Source of the DNA: an uncultured delta proteobacterium
GTDB taxonomy: Bacteria > Desulfobacterota > WTBG01 > CAIYCZ01
DNA length: 64,000 nt
NCBI GenBank assembly: GCA_963803975.1
Contig: CAWDOY010000003.1
Location: forward strand, 160,001 to 224,000
Direction: 5' to 3'
Below the pieces are notes generated by a model that saw nothing but the letters and a program-made list of their open reading frames with translations, was not told the origin of the DNA and made no database searches. Position numbers and translations under genes: made by a program. How positions within the stretch are numbered: position 1 is the stretch's first letter; each line of letters opens with the position of its first letter. Positions 30,276 through 41,425 of this stretch are shown piece by piece.

Positions 30276-33200
30276 ATGAAAGTTATTATTAGGATTGCAT
30301 CATTGTTCTGGGCGGTGGTGTTCTGCTTCATTACAGTACATACGGCGCATGCTGCTGATATATCGGTGCGTCTTCTGAATGAAACACCGGATGGTTTGGA
30401 CATGGATGTTACCATATCCAACTATTCCCTCATAGCATCTCCGTATCAGTCATATCAGAAAATTGTGATACAGGGATGCGGTAGTAACGCCCGGGAAGGG
30501 GCACCGGGCGTGTCACTGAGGGGTCAGCTCATTGAATTGCCGGAAGGAAGTGAACTGGCAGTCTCGTATCAGTCTTTAGATAAAATAACCCTGCGCAACG
30601 TATTGCTGGCTCCTGCTCCTGGTGCGATCGTTGAGGAGGATAAAGCCGGCTCAAAACAGCTGAGCGAACAGTACCGTATCGATGAAGCAGCCTATACAGC
30701 AGATGCCTTTTACCCGGGTAAACTTGCAGCTGCAGACTTTACCGGTTACTTGCGTGACAAACATATCGCAAACATTATTTTGTATCCGGTTCAGTATAAT
30801 CCGGTTGCAAGAACGCTTGAAATTCATACTAGATATAAAGTTCACCTGCGATTTATCAGTATAGAAAAAGACGCAGGGAAAAATCAGCTAACAGATTATA
30901 GAGCAGCGAGCAGATTGGAAAACACGCAGCAGAACACTTTTAGCACTCTTTATAAAAAAGTGCTGCTCAATTATAAAGCAGAAGGCGGCAACCTTTCACA
31001 ACAATCAGATTTACAACTATCGAGTACTGTTCGCGCACCGTCATTACAGACAGAAAACAGCCCCTTTGCGGTGAGGGTAACGCTGAAGGATGAGGGGATT
31101 TACAAGGTCAGTTACGACGATTTAAATGCATTGGGCATTGATTTAACAGCTGCCACCAACGAGAATATCAAAATGGAAAATCAGGGCAGGGAAGTGCCTG
31201 TGTATCGCAGCAGTTCCGGTCCTTTCAAGGCTGGTGATTACCTTCTGTTTTATGGGGAGCCGTTCAAGTCGCTCTACAGCAAGAGCAATGTATATTGGAT
31301 CTACCGGGGCTCTGGTGCCGGGAAAAAAATAGAACAAATGCCGGCCGGATCGTTTAACAGTTCAAATGTTCAGCAGACCTTTAACAGCAGCTATCACGGA
31401 GAGGTGGATAAAAAATACTGGGAATCAATTCCCAATGGCGCGAATGTTGATCACTGGTTCTGGGAGAGTCTTCAGCCTACTGAAATCAACACTGCCAAGG
31501 TAGTATTATCTCCCCCGGCACACCTGGGAAACATAAGCACCGCCGGCGGTACTTATACCATGAAGGTTAATTTAAGAGGGGAAACGACACTTGCTCACCA
31601 TACCAGGGTATATGTCAATGGTACCGTTGTTGATGACTTCACCTGGAACGGACAGATTGAATACACTAAAACTATTCCAGCCATCACTCCCACGGTATTT
31701 AAGAATGGTGACAATGCCATCCAAATAGAGGAAGTGCTCGATCCGGGAACAACCGTGGACCGGATTTATATAAACTGGTTCGATATCACCTATACAGCTG
31801 CCTATGTTGCTGAAAGCGATATGTTGAAATGTAGTGGCAGCAGTTCCGGCAACGCATCATTAGAAATTAAAAAATTCACTACTAATAACATCTGGGTATT
31901 AGACATCACCAATCCCCTAACCGTCACAAACGTTACCAATACACAGATAACAGAAAGCGGCGGTCAGTATACTATTGCGTTTGGCGAGCCGGGATCGGGA
32001 AGCAAAACCTACATGGCTGTTGCAGCAAGTAAATTCAAAACACCAGCTGAGATGGTTGCGGATGAAATTTCAAATCCTCTTCTTCAGTCACCTCGAACGG
32101 ACATCGACTATATTATAATAACACACGAATTGTTTTTTGATGCCGTACAGGATTTGAAACAGTACCGGGAAGATAAAGGACACCGAGTTGAAGTCGTCAA
32201 AATCCAGGATATCTATGATGAATTCTCCTATGGGATAAAAGACGCTCGCGCCATAAAGGACTTCTTAACGTACGCCTACAATAACTGGAACAGTACCGGT
32301 CATCCCACCTATGTACTGCTGGTGGGTGATGCCAGTATTGACTACCGTGATGATACTGGTAATTTTGCCAAGGGTAATGTTGATTTTGTACCTACGTATC
32401 TTATTCAGACTTTTACGCTCGGGGATACACCCACTGATAACTGGTTTGTTTGCGTAAATGGAACGGACCTTCTTCCTGATATGTTTATTGGGAGGATGTG
32501 TGTCAAGACGGTAACTGATGTTACCAGTATTGTAAATAAGATAAAAGCATATGAGCAGGGCACTGCCGGCACGTGGACTAAAAAAGTTATTTTAGCATCA
32601 GATAATGACACCGCTTTTGTTCAAGCTTCTGATGATCTAATAAAATTGCTGCCAGCCAATTATTCTGCAGAAAAGGTATATTTGAATGACTATGCTAATG
32701 TAGAAGCTGCAACCAAGGATTTAGTGAACAAGATAAATGACGGCAGCCTGCTGACTAATTATACCGGTCATGGCTCTGTTGACAATTGGGCTGGAGAGTT
32801 CCTTTTTCACACAACCGATGACAAGGATCAACTACCCCGCAATGATGTTGAACTGCTAACCAATGGGGACAAACTTACCTTCGTTATGACCCTGAACTGT
32901 TTGAACGGGTTTTTCCCTAATTTTCTTGACAAATATTCACTTGCGGAGGAATTTGTACGGGCAGAAAATAAAGGCGCTGTTGCCTGTTTTGCTCCTACGG
33001 GCCTGGGTTTTACTTCTGAACATGAGGTGTTGGCTAACAAGATGTTTAACCTCCTGTTCACAGAGGGGATAAATGTCGCCGGTAATCTTGTTACGTCGGC
33101 GAAAATTGCCGCGTATACAGAGATACAAGCCTCTGATCTCGTTGAGACCTTCGTTCTTTTTGGTGACCCGGCCACGGAACTACAGACAACGTCTGTTTCA

Positions 33201-33532
33201 TCTGCAATTAAACTGCTCAGCCCCGAAGATGAAGCTGTGCTGCAAAGGTTTACCCGGTATACATTTACCTGGGACGATACCAAGAACATGGACAAGTATA
33301 AGCTGGAGTTTTCATCAGACCCGGCATTTCCGGTCAATAAGATTATGAGTGCTCCGTTATTAAAGGCCCAGTTTATCACCGCGAAGGAATATACGCCAAA
33401 CTTTTTATCAGGTTTATCCTCAACATTATGGGCATGCAGAATGAAAAATTATACTGGCGTGTCGTGAGTTACGGTAACGGAAACGAAATTCTGGAGTATT
33501 CTCAATACCGCTCATTCTCCATTAAAAAATAG
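30276..33532 (+). CDS. Secreted C25 family (gingipain-like) cysteine peptidase with propeptide; frameshift near 33405
   Basis: Signal peptide, propeptide FYPG...LYPVQYNP, DYIIITH, IYDEFSYG and YVLLVGDA, and catalytic NYTGHG and LNCLNG. The shifted tail LYWRVV...YRSFSIKK* ends at 33532. Confidence 0.88.
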
Positions 33533-33538
33533 ATTGCT

Positions 33539-34081
33539 ATGCAGGACGTTAAAGAGCAGTTCATAGAATTGTGGAAGAAAAGCGGCCAGGAGAAGATTTT
33601 TAAAATACGCGGAACCAGCATGCTGCCGCTTATCCGGGAAACAGATGCCATTGGCGTTATACCCATTCGGCAGACTGAAGAACTGTGCATCGGTGACATT
33701 GCCCTCTTTCAGAGGCCTACCGGGATGGTCGCACACAGAATTGTTGGTAAATTCAGGAAAGACAATATTACGTATCTCTACGAGAAAGGAGATCGAGGCG
33801 TCGTACCAACAACTATTTCCGGCGAGATGTTGATAGGAAAGGTGGTGCGGATTTACCGGCCGGGGAATACGATAGACTTGACCAGCAGTCTATGGCTGAT
33901 TACCAATCGCAGCGCCGGATATTACTGGTACTATCTTAATGCTGTTTTTAAGCTCTTCTCTATTAGTAAGAAAAAACTGTTCGGATCTAAAAAATTTCCG
34001 CACATGAGCTCTGCCTTCAGTAAAATCTACCTCTTGCTCAGCGCCCTCCCAAACTGGATGTTTCGCCGCAATAATAGGTAA
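33539..34081 (+). CDS. S24/S26 signal peptidase I-like protein
   Basis: IRGTSMLPLI...GDIALF...VAHRIV...EKGD (Ser-His type). Confidence 0.8.
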   Translation: MQDVKEQFIELWKKSGQEKIFKIRGTSMLPLIRETDAIGVIPIRQTEELCIGDIALFQRPTGMVAHRIVGKFRKDNITYLYEKGDRGVVPTTISGEMLIGKVVRIYRPGNTIDLTSSLWLITNRSAGYYWYYLNAVFKLFSISKKKLFGSKKFPHMSSAFSKIYLLLSALPNWMFRRNNR

Positions 34082-34098
34082 CGGGTAACTTTAAATAA

Positions 34099-34923
34099 TT
34101 AATAGTGGGTAAGACTGCCATCACGCTTTGCCAGACGAATGGCATACTGGAAAGAATAGATGCTGACGGGCATGAGTATTGCGGTAAAAAGGAGCAAAGA
34201 AAATATGCTGGGTAGAAGATTGTAAAACGACGCGCCTTTGATCAGGGCAAGGCGCATCCCTTCCAATGAATACGTGATGGGAAGAAAATACGAAAAGGGT
34301 TTAAGCCAGGATGGAAGGATACTGACCGGATAATAGACGCCGCCCAGCAGCCAGCTGATACCATTAAAAATACTCGCCACCGGATCCCCCTTCTTCAACA
34401 CCATGACAAAACTCGCGGACAAAATTCCAAAGCTGCTGAAGGCTATTATTGATATTAATAAAATTACCACAGCGCCTGCATAATTAGCGCGGGAGAGATC
34501 AAGGCCATAGACAAAGACGCCTATAATAATGAAAATAATAACGCGCAGCGTGGTGAACAAAAAGCTGTAGACTGATGAAGAGATGATGATCGTTGGAATT
34601 TCAGTCTGTGTGACCAGCAGGGCTTCCAGCGTTCCCATAATCTGTCCCTCGCGAATGCTTTGTGACAGGCTGTTCAGAGACACGCTGAGATAATAATTGA
34701 AAGCTATCCCAATCAGCACAAAGGCAAAATAATCGCCCCCGTACTCGGCAAGCTGCGGCATCTGTGCAGTGCCGAGCAGTTTTGAAAGGAAAAAGAAAAC
34801 GCTGACATTGATGAAAATGCCGAAAACCTGCAGCAGAAAGGAAATCCGGTAGCTTATCTCGGTCTGAAAATCACGTTTTACAAAGGCAAAAAGCTTTTTT
34901 AAAAAAAGTATCATCTCCTGCAT
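34099..34923 (-). CDS. ABC-2 type exporter permease
   Basis: Six hydrophobic helices, GTLEALL and GGVYYPVSILPSWL...LPITY. Confidence 0.9.
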   Translation of the reverse strand: MQEMILFLKKLFAFVKRDFQTEISYRISFLLQVFGIFINVSVFFFLSKLLGTAQMPQLAEYGGDYFAFVLIGIAFNYYLSVSLNSLSQSIREGQIMGTLEALLVTQTEIPTIIISSSVYSFLFTTLRVIIFIIIGVFVYGLDLSRANYAGAVVILLISIIAFSSFGILSASFVMVLKKGDPVASIFNGISWLLGGVYYPVSILPSWLKPFSYFLPITYSLEGMRLALIKGASFYNLLPSIFSLLLFTAILMPVSIYSFQYAIRLAKRDGSLTHY

Positions 34924-34926
34924 TGC

Positions 34927-35913
34927 TCACCTATCCTGAGTATCTTCGATTACCCGTGTAAATACGTCATCAAGAGAAATTGTTTGCAGCGTGCATTCTT
35001 CAACAGCTCCCTCGTGGCTGATAATGTCATGTATGACGTGCGCGATGTTTGTGGATTCTATGTAAAATGCAAGCGGTTCATCAGGAACCGGCAGTATGCG
35101 GTCGGCACTGGTAAGTGAGCCAAGATCAGTAAACCTTGAATTTCTGCTGAGCCGCAGGATATAGCTCCGGTCCGACTTTATCTGGGCCTTAATTGAATCG
35201 ATAGGTCCGCAGGTTTTAATTATCCCGTTATTGATAATGGCTACGTGGGTACAGAAATCTTCCGCCTCATAGAGATTATGTGTCGCCAGCAGGGCGGTCC
35301 GGTTGTGCTTGCAGACAATCTCTTCTTTTATGAATTTTCTCAAATGCCGTGCAGAAAGCGGGTCCAGGCTGCGGGTGGGCTCGTCCAGAAATATAATGGT
35401 AGGGTCAGACAGGAGCCCGCGGGCGATTGCCAGGCGCTGTTTCATCCCGGTAGAAAAGTCGCTGAACCGCATGTTTGGGTCATTATCAAGCTCGGTAATA
35501 TGCAGTACTTCATCAATACGTCGTTCCTTCTCAGGGGAGGAAAGATTATTAAGAGTGGCAAAGAATGCAAGATTCTGCCGGGCGGTAAGTCGCCAGTAAA
35601 AGCTGCGCTCGTCATTGACAACAAGGCCGATTGACTGCCGCACCTGCCGGTGCTGATGGACTACATCAAACCCATTGACGCAGGCTTTACCCGCTGTCGG
35701 CAGGACCAGCGTGGATAATATTTTAATGAGGGTTGTTTTGCCTGCCCCATTCGGCCCGAGCAGTCCAAAAAAGCTGCCCTGTTCAATTTTAAGATTAACA
35801 TCCTCCAGCGCTACGGTATACTGCTTTCTGAACGGGTGCAGCGCTAAATCCTTATAACCCTTAATCTTCGGATAGTGTTTCGTCAGATTGAAAGTTTCAA
35901 TTACAGCCGTCAT
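34927..35913 (-). CDS. ABC exporter ATP-binding protein
   Basis: GPNGAGKTT, FSTGMKQRL and IFLDEPT. Confidence 0.93.
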   Translation of the reverse strand: MTAVIETFNLTKHYPKIKGYKDLALHPFRKQYTVALEDVNLKIEQGSFFGLLGPNGAGKTTLIKILSTLVLPTAGKACVNGFDVVHQHRQVRQSIGLVVNDERSFYWRLTARQNLAFFATLNNLSSPEKERRIDEVLHITELDNDPNMRFSDFSTGMKQRLAIARGLLSDPTIIFLDEPTRSLDPLSARHLRKFIKEEIVCKHNRTALLATHNLYEAEDFCTHVAIINNGIIKTCGPIDSIKAQIKSDRSYILRLSRNSRFTDLGSLTSADRILPVPDEPLAFYIESTNIAHVIHDIISHEGAVEECTLQTISLDDVFTRVIEDTQDR

Positions 35914-36150
35914 AAAGCGAAATGCTGTACAGGTTAATAAAAAGGGGATAAATTAAATTCGTATATCAGGAACTAACGGAGGAAATGGTTATGCTCATCT
36001 GTTTGTCTTTGCACTATTGTATGTAAAACTATCATGTTTTCAAGCAAAATTATAGAAATATCTTGCAGTTAGTAGGTTATTTCGTTATATATTTTTAGCT
36101 GTTGAACAGATCTGCCGGATAAAAACTTATTTTCTGCAACTAAACCACTT

Positions 36151-38454
36151 ATGAACAGTGAAGTGACACCAGGACCAATACTTCCCCAGGGCAGCAACGG
36201 GCAGCTCAGGGAACAGACGCGGCGCAAACGCGAGCGCCTGATTATTTTAATAGTGGTGGTTCTTGTGGTGCTGCTCACTTTTTTACTCACCTATGTTTCG
36301 GGCCTTGAAGGAGAGATTCTGAAGCTGCAGAACTTTCTGGTGTTTGGCCTCATTAACATCAATGCAATTCTGCTGCTGCTGCTGGTGTTCCTGGTTGTCA
36401 GAAATATCGTAAAACTTTTTTTTGAACGCAGGCGGGGAATTCTCGGCTCTAAGCTGAGGACCAAGCTGGTCGCATCATTTGTGGGGCTGTCGCTGGTACC
36501 GACGCTGCTGCTGTTCTGGGTTGCCATCGGTTTTATTACCAACACCATTGAAAACTGGTTCAGCTTTGAAGTGGAGAGTTCCCTTGAAGAGTCGCTCGAT
36601 GTCACCCAGGTCTATTATAAACGCGCTGCCGACAATGCCCTCCATCTGGCCAGGCAGATAAGTAAGACCATAAATGAAGAGGGGCTGCTGAACGATAAAA
36701 AGCTCGGCGATCTTAAACGCAAAGTAGCTGAGAAGCAGTATGAATACAACCTGGCGATGGTAGAGGTTTATTCAGCACAGGGCAGGGAACTGGCACGCTC
36801 AGCTGATCCGAATATACCGGAACTTAAATACCTTGATCCGGATGCTGCGTTTGCCCAGGAGTCTGCCCAGGGAAAGGAATTGACGCGCATTCAGCCGGTG
36901 GGCGCAGGGGATATCATCCGGGGAATTGTCCCCGTCTATGCAGCAAGCACCCCCGGGTATGTCAACGGTATACTAGCCGTCAGCTATTACGTACCGGAGA
37001 GCCTGGTGTCACGGGTCGAGAAGATATCCTCAGCATTCCAGGAGTACAAGCAGCTCAAGCTTTATAAAAAACCCATAAAGCTTATTTACATCATTATGCT
37101 TTCGGTCATTACCCTGCTGATTATTTTTTCCGCAACCTGGTTTGGATTTCACCTTTCAAAAGTGCTTACCGGCCCCATAGGTGCGCTTGCCGAAGCAACC
37201 GAACAAATTGCTCATGGAAATCTCGATGTGCAGATTGTCCCGACGACAGATGATGAAATGGGAAGTTTAGTAAAGTCTTTTAACAAGATGACCATAGACC
37301 TTAAGGTGAGTAAAGAGCAGATTGAAACTGCAAACATAGACTTGAAGGATAAAAACCAGGAGCTTGACCAGCGTCGCAGCTATATGGAAATTGTCCTCAA
37401 TAATGTAGCTGCCGGTGTATTGTCAGTGAACCGGGAGAATATTATTACCACCTTTAATAAATCGGCAGGGAAAATATTAAATCTGCATATGCAGAACGCT
37501 ATCGGGAGCCCCTATCAGCAGGTTCTGGCCCCGGAGCCGCTCAAGGAACTCCGCAGTCTTATACAGGAAATAAACCGCTCTGGTCTGAGCACGACCGTGC
37601 AACAGATACGTCTTTCTTTTCCCGATAAGGCCACTCATCTGCTGGTTCGGGCCACTATTCTGCGGGATGAAACAGGGGATTACCTGGGAGTGGTTCTGGT
37701 GGCTGAAGATGTCACCGATCTGCAGCTTGCTCAGCGTGCCTACGCCTGGAAAGAGGTTGCCCGCAGAATAGCCCACGAAGTAAAAAATCCGCTCACGCCG
37801 ATAAAGCTGTCTGCCCAGCGGCTGCGCAAAAAGTTTCTCGCGCACATACCGGCTGATGATACGGTGTTTGATGAATGCACCAGGACCATTATAAATCAGG
37901 TGGATGAATTAAAAACGCTGGTAAATGAATTTTCAAACTTTGCCCGTATGCCGGCGACCAACCCGGTGCCGAATGACCTGCATCTGATCATTGATGAAAC
38001 CATGATGCTGTATAAGGAGGCACATAAGAAGATAACCTTTGAGATTACCCGGGATCCTGCAGTTCCGCTTCTCATCATCGATCGAGAGCAGATGAAGCGG
38101 GCACTAATCAATATCCTTGACAATGCCATACACGCAATGGAAAATGAAGGGCGGATTACTATTATCACCGCCTACAACAAAATTCTTGAGATGGTGACCC
38201 TGGAAATTGCCGATACCGGCTGCGGTATACCGCCCGAAATCAAGCACAAGCTGTTTGAGCCCTATTTTTCAACCAAAAAGAGCGGCACCGGCCTGGGCTT
38301 GGCAATTGTTAATACCATCATCTCAGACCATAACGGGTATATAAGGATTCGCGATAACGAGCCGCGGGGTACCCGCTTTATTATTGAACTGCCGGCCCAT
38401 ATCGATGAAACTGCCGTTTATCCTGATTCCGAGAGACTTCATCCGGAGATATGA
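36151..38454 (+). CDS. NtrY-like membrane sensor histidine kinase (HAMP, PAS)
   Basis: GSKLRTKLV, HAMP DEMGSLVKSFNKM, H-box AWKEVARRIAHEVKNPLTPI, and N/G boxes NILDNA, DTGCG and GTGLGL. Confidence 0.92.
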   Translation: MNSEVTPGPILPQGSNGQLREQTRRKRERLIILIVVVLVVLLTFLLTYVSGLEGEILKLQNFLVFGLININAILLLLLVFLVVRNIVKLFFERRRGILGSKLRTKLVASFVGLSLVPTLLLFWVAIGFITNTIENWFSFEVESSLEESLDVTQVYYKRAADNALHLARQISKTINEEGLLNDKKLGDLKRKVAEKQYEYNLAMVEVYSAQGRELARSADPNIPELKYLDPDAAFAQESAQGKELTRIQPVGAGDIIRGIVPVYAASTPGYVNGILAVSYYVPESLVSRVEKISSAFQEYKQLKLYKKPIKLIYIIMLSVITLLIIFSATWFGFHLSKVLTGPIGALAEATEQIAHGNLDVQIVPTTDDEMGSLVKSFNKMTIDLKVSKEQIETANIDLKDKNQELDQRRSYMEIVLNNVAAGVLSVNRENIITTFNKSAGKILNLHMQNAIGSPYQQVLAPEPLKELRSLIQEINRSGLSTTVQQIRLSFPDKATHLLVRATILRDETGDYLGVVLVAEDVTDLQLAQRAYAWKEVARRIAHEVKNPLTPIKLSAQRLRKKFLAHIPADDTVFDECTRTIINQVDELKTLVNEFSNFARMPATNPVPNDLHLIIDETMMLYKEAHKKITFEITRDPAVPLLIIDREQMKRALINILDNAIHAMENEGRITIITAYNKILEMVTLEIADTGCGIPPEIKHKLFEPYFSTKKSGTGLGLAIVNTIISDHNGYIRIRDNEPRGTRFIIELPAHIDETAVYPDSERLHPEI

Positions 38455-38511
38455 TGTCAGGGATCGGAGACGGAAGACCGGCGGCACTAATGCAGTGAAG
38501 GATAATAAACG

Positions 38512-40701
38512 GTGAAAAAACCAACCATACTTCTGGTAGATGACGAAGAAGCAATCATAAAATCGCTGTCCGGCAGCCTTGAGGATGAAGGATATGCGCT
38601 GTTGACCGCACAGGACGGAAACGCTGCCATGGAGATAATTAAGACGCAGCCGGTGGACATAGTATTTCTTGATATATGGCTGCCCAGCATGGACGGCCTG
38701 GAAACGCTCAAGGCAATTAAAGAGTATGATCCGTCCCTGGAAATTATCATGATGACCGGTCACGGCACGGTCAATACAGCGGTGCAGGCGGTTAAGCTGG
38801 GAGCGTTTGACTTTCTGGAAAAGCCTTTTTCCCTGGACACTGCCCTGGACATAATAAAAAAAATACAGGGCAAGCGGCAGATTTCCATGAAGACCATGCG
38901 CTATTATGAATCCATTAAACCTGACCGCAGGAAAGTTTTAATCGGTGACAGTCCCGACGCGATTGCCATACGGGACCTCGTTACCTCGTGCGCTGCAACC
39001 GGTGAGCATATTTTAATCCAGGGGGAAACCGGGGCCGGAAAAGAACTTGTTGCGCGGCTTATTCACTTCTCTTCCAGCCGGAAAGAAAGCCCCCTGCTCA
39101 AGTTTAACTGCGCAGCATTCAATGCTGAAGAGATCGAGCGTGAATTGTTCGGTTTTAATGATCCAGAAAATACCGGGATACGGAAAGAAGGTGCTTTGCT
39201 CAGGGCCGGACAGGGGACTCTTTTTATAAAGGCAATCGATCTCATGCCAATGCCGGCACAGCTCAGATTGGCACAGGGTAGTAAGGACCGCTCTTCGCAG
39301 AGTTCAATGCCCCGGATTATTGCTTCTTCCATCAAAGACCCCGACGTTGAATGCAGTGAAGGCCGGCTGCACCGGGAGCTCCTTGCCTGCTTCAATGCGG
39401 AAATGCTCAGGATGCCCCCGCTGCGGAATCGCAGCGGGGATATAGCAGTGCTGCTTAAATATTTTCTGAAATATTTTTGCGAAGAGTACGGGCAGAAAGA
39501 AAAGGCGTTCGAGGATGAAGCTTTTGAGACGCTGATTAACTATGACTGGCCGGGAAATGTCAAGGAACTGAAAAACATGGTAGAAAAAATTGTTGTTTCG
39601 GTTCCTACCAAAAGCATTACCGTGAATGACCTGCCGCAATCGCTGCGCACGGAGATGGAAAACAGTGCTGATCAGCAGTACCTGCGGTACGATACGCTGC
39701 AGGAAGCAGAAAATGCCTGGCGCAAGAACTATCTGCTGTATCATCTGCGCAGAAATAACCGTAACATAGCTGCAACGGCACAGCATCTCCACCTCGGGGA
39801 AGACACCCTGCGCTCATATATTAAACAGTACGGCATTACCCTCATCAGCGGCAGACGGCGCGAGCATAACTATCAGCGCACCCTGAAGCGCAGCATGGTG
39901 CTCAGCGGCCGGGGTCTCCACTCAGGCATCAAGACCGGTCTCATACTGTCGCCGCTGCCTCCAAACAGCGGCATAGTATTCGGCAACATATCCGATGGTT
40001 CAACGATTCCGGCGCATCTTGATTTTGTTGAATCTACTGAGTATGCAACGTCCCTGCGCAAGGGAAACACGCGGGCCAGCACCATAGAGCATGTCCTTGC
40101 TACCCTGCACGCCTACCGCATCAGCAACCTGCTCATAAAAATTAACAATGAAGTGCCCATCATGGACGGCTCAGCGACTGATTTCTGCCAGCTGCTTGAG
40201 GATGCCGGCATTGAAGAACAGGATGCAGAGATTGATGAAATCATTATCTCAGACCGTTACACGATTGGCGAAGTTGCAGCGGACAGAAAGTTCATGGTTG
40301 TTGAACCCTGTGACACCCTGACCATACACTACACGCTTGACTATCCCAGCCCGGTTGGCCGCCAGGAATATACCTTTGTGCTGGAAAATGAGCAGGCATT
40401 CAAAGAACAGATTGCTCCTGCCCGGACCTTCGGCTTTTTAAAAGACATCGAGGCGCTGGAAAAGAAGGGGCTTGCCAGCGGCGGGCGTCTCAATAATTTT
40501 ATACTCATTGATGATGAAAAGATAATTAACACGGAGCTCCGGTTCCCCGATGAATTTGTGCGTCACAAAATACTGGACCTCATGGGAGACCTCTATCTGC
40601 TCGGTCATCCAATAAGAGGTAAAATTACCGCTAACATGACCGGACACACGCAGAACTGCGCGCTGCTTCACCTCCTCCGTGAAAATATCCAGCTCAATTA
40701 G
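38512..40701 (+). CDS. lpxC: Fusion of an NtrX-like response regulator (REC, degenerate sigma54 AAA+, Fis-type HTH) with UDP-3-O-acyl-GlcNAc deacetylase LpxC (from about 39874)
   Basis: REC motifs VDDE/LDIWLP/MTGHG/EKP and AAA motifs GETGAGKE/WPGNVKEL. LpxC motifs QRTL...GRGLHSG, STIEHVLA, EVPIMDGSA, IAPARTFGF, RHKILDLMGDL and TGH. Confidence 0.9.
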   Translation: MKKPTILLVDDEEAIIKSLSGSLEDEGYALLTAQDGNAAMEIIKTQPVDIVFLDIWLPSMDGLETLKAIKEYDPSLEIIMMTGHGTVNTAVQAVKLGAFDFLEKPFSLDTALDIIKKIQGKRQISMKTMRYYESIKPDRRKVLIGDSPDAIAIRDLVTSCAATGEHILIQGETGAGKELVARLIHFSSSRKESPLLKFNCAAFNAEEIERELFGFNDPENTGIRKEGALLRAGQGTLFIKAIDLMPMPAQLRLAQGSKDRSSQSSMPRIIASSIKDPDVECSEGRLHRELLACFNAEMLRMPPLRNRSGDIAVLLKYFLKYFCEEYGQKEKAFEDEAFETLINYDWPGNVKELKNMVEKIVVSVPTKSITVNDLPQSLRTEMENSADQQYLRYDTLQEAENAWRKNYLLYHLRRNNRNIAATAQHLHLGEDTLRSYIKQYGITLISGRRREHNYQRTLKRSMVLSGRGLHSGIKTGLILSPLPPNSGIVFGNISDGSTIPAHLDFVESTEYATSLRKGNTRASTIEHVLATLHAYRISNLLIKINNEVPIMDGSATDFCQLLEDAGIEEQDAEIDEIIISDRYTIGEVAADRKFMVVEPCDTLTIHYTLDYPSPVGRQEYTFVLENEQAFKEQIAPARTFGFLKDIEALEKKGLASGGRLNNFILIDDEKIINTELRFPDEFVRHKILDLMGDLYLLGHPIRGKITANMTGHTQNCALLHLLRENIQLN

Positions 40702-40787
40702 AAAGCTCTTTAGAATCAGCTTTCAGTTTTCAGCACCTACTGTCGCATGATAAAAGAGCGCAAGCGCGTGAGGGTATTACGAATACT

Positions 40788-41315
40788 ATGAGCGAAAGAG
40801 GATACGTTCACGTATACACGGGAAACGGCAAGGGCAAAACGACCGCTGCCCTGGGGCTCGCATTCCGTGCCAGGGGACGGGGCATGCGCTCATATATAGC
40901 GCAGTTTATGAAAGGAGTTGCATACGGGGAGGTCGAGGCGGCAGCGCAGGTTGCCCCGTGGATCATCATTGAGCAGTTTGGCCGTGACATCCGGGACTGC
41001 GTCAATGCGCAGTATGCTGATACAGATGTCACGATGGCCCGCACTGGCTTGAAAAAGGCGGAGCAGGAAATGCTCTCAGGCACGTACCGGATTGTGATAC
41101 TTGATGAAATAAACGTTGCCCTGTACTATAACCTGGTTACCATTCAAGAGGTGCTGCATTTTATACGTAAAAAGCCCTGTGAGGTAGAACTCATACTGAC
41201 CGGGAGATATGCACCTGAAGAGGTACTGAAAGCTGCCGACCTGGTTTCAGAAGTTGTTGAGATCAAGCACTATTTTCAGCAGGGCATTCTGGCGCGGGAT
41301 GGAATAGAGCGTTAA
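40788..41315 (+). CDS. cobO: Cob(I)yrinic acid a,c-diamide adenosyltransferase (CobO/BtuR family)
   Basis: VYTGNGKGKTTAALG, ILDEIN, ELILTGR and ADLVSE...KH. Confidence 0.92.
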   Translation: MSERGYVHVYTGNGKGKTTAALGLAFRARGRGMRSYIAQFMKGVAYGEVEAAAQVAPWIIIEQFGRDIRDCVNAQYADTDVTMARTGLKKAEQEMLSGTYRIVILDEINVALYYNLVTIQEVLHFIRKKPCEVELILTGRYAPEEVLKAADLVSEVVEIKHYFQQGILARDGIER

Positions 41316-41316
41316 A

Positions 41317-41380
41317 TCCCTCCTGGCCTCCCCTTTAAAAAGGGAGGGAAATTATATTTCTTTGGAAAGGGGGGTTGAGG
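41317..41380. repeat. REP-like palindromic intergenic element
   Basis: ATCCCTCC...CTCCCCTTTAAAAAGGGAGGG...TTTGGAAAGGGGGG. Confidence 0.4.
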
Positions 41381-41425
41381 AAAATTATCCATGTAACGAA
41401 TAATATTTTAAGAGAAGGGATTTTC

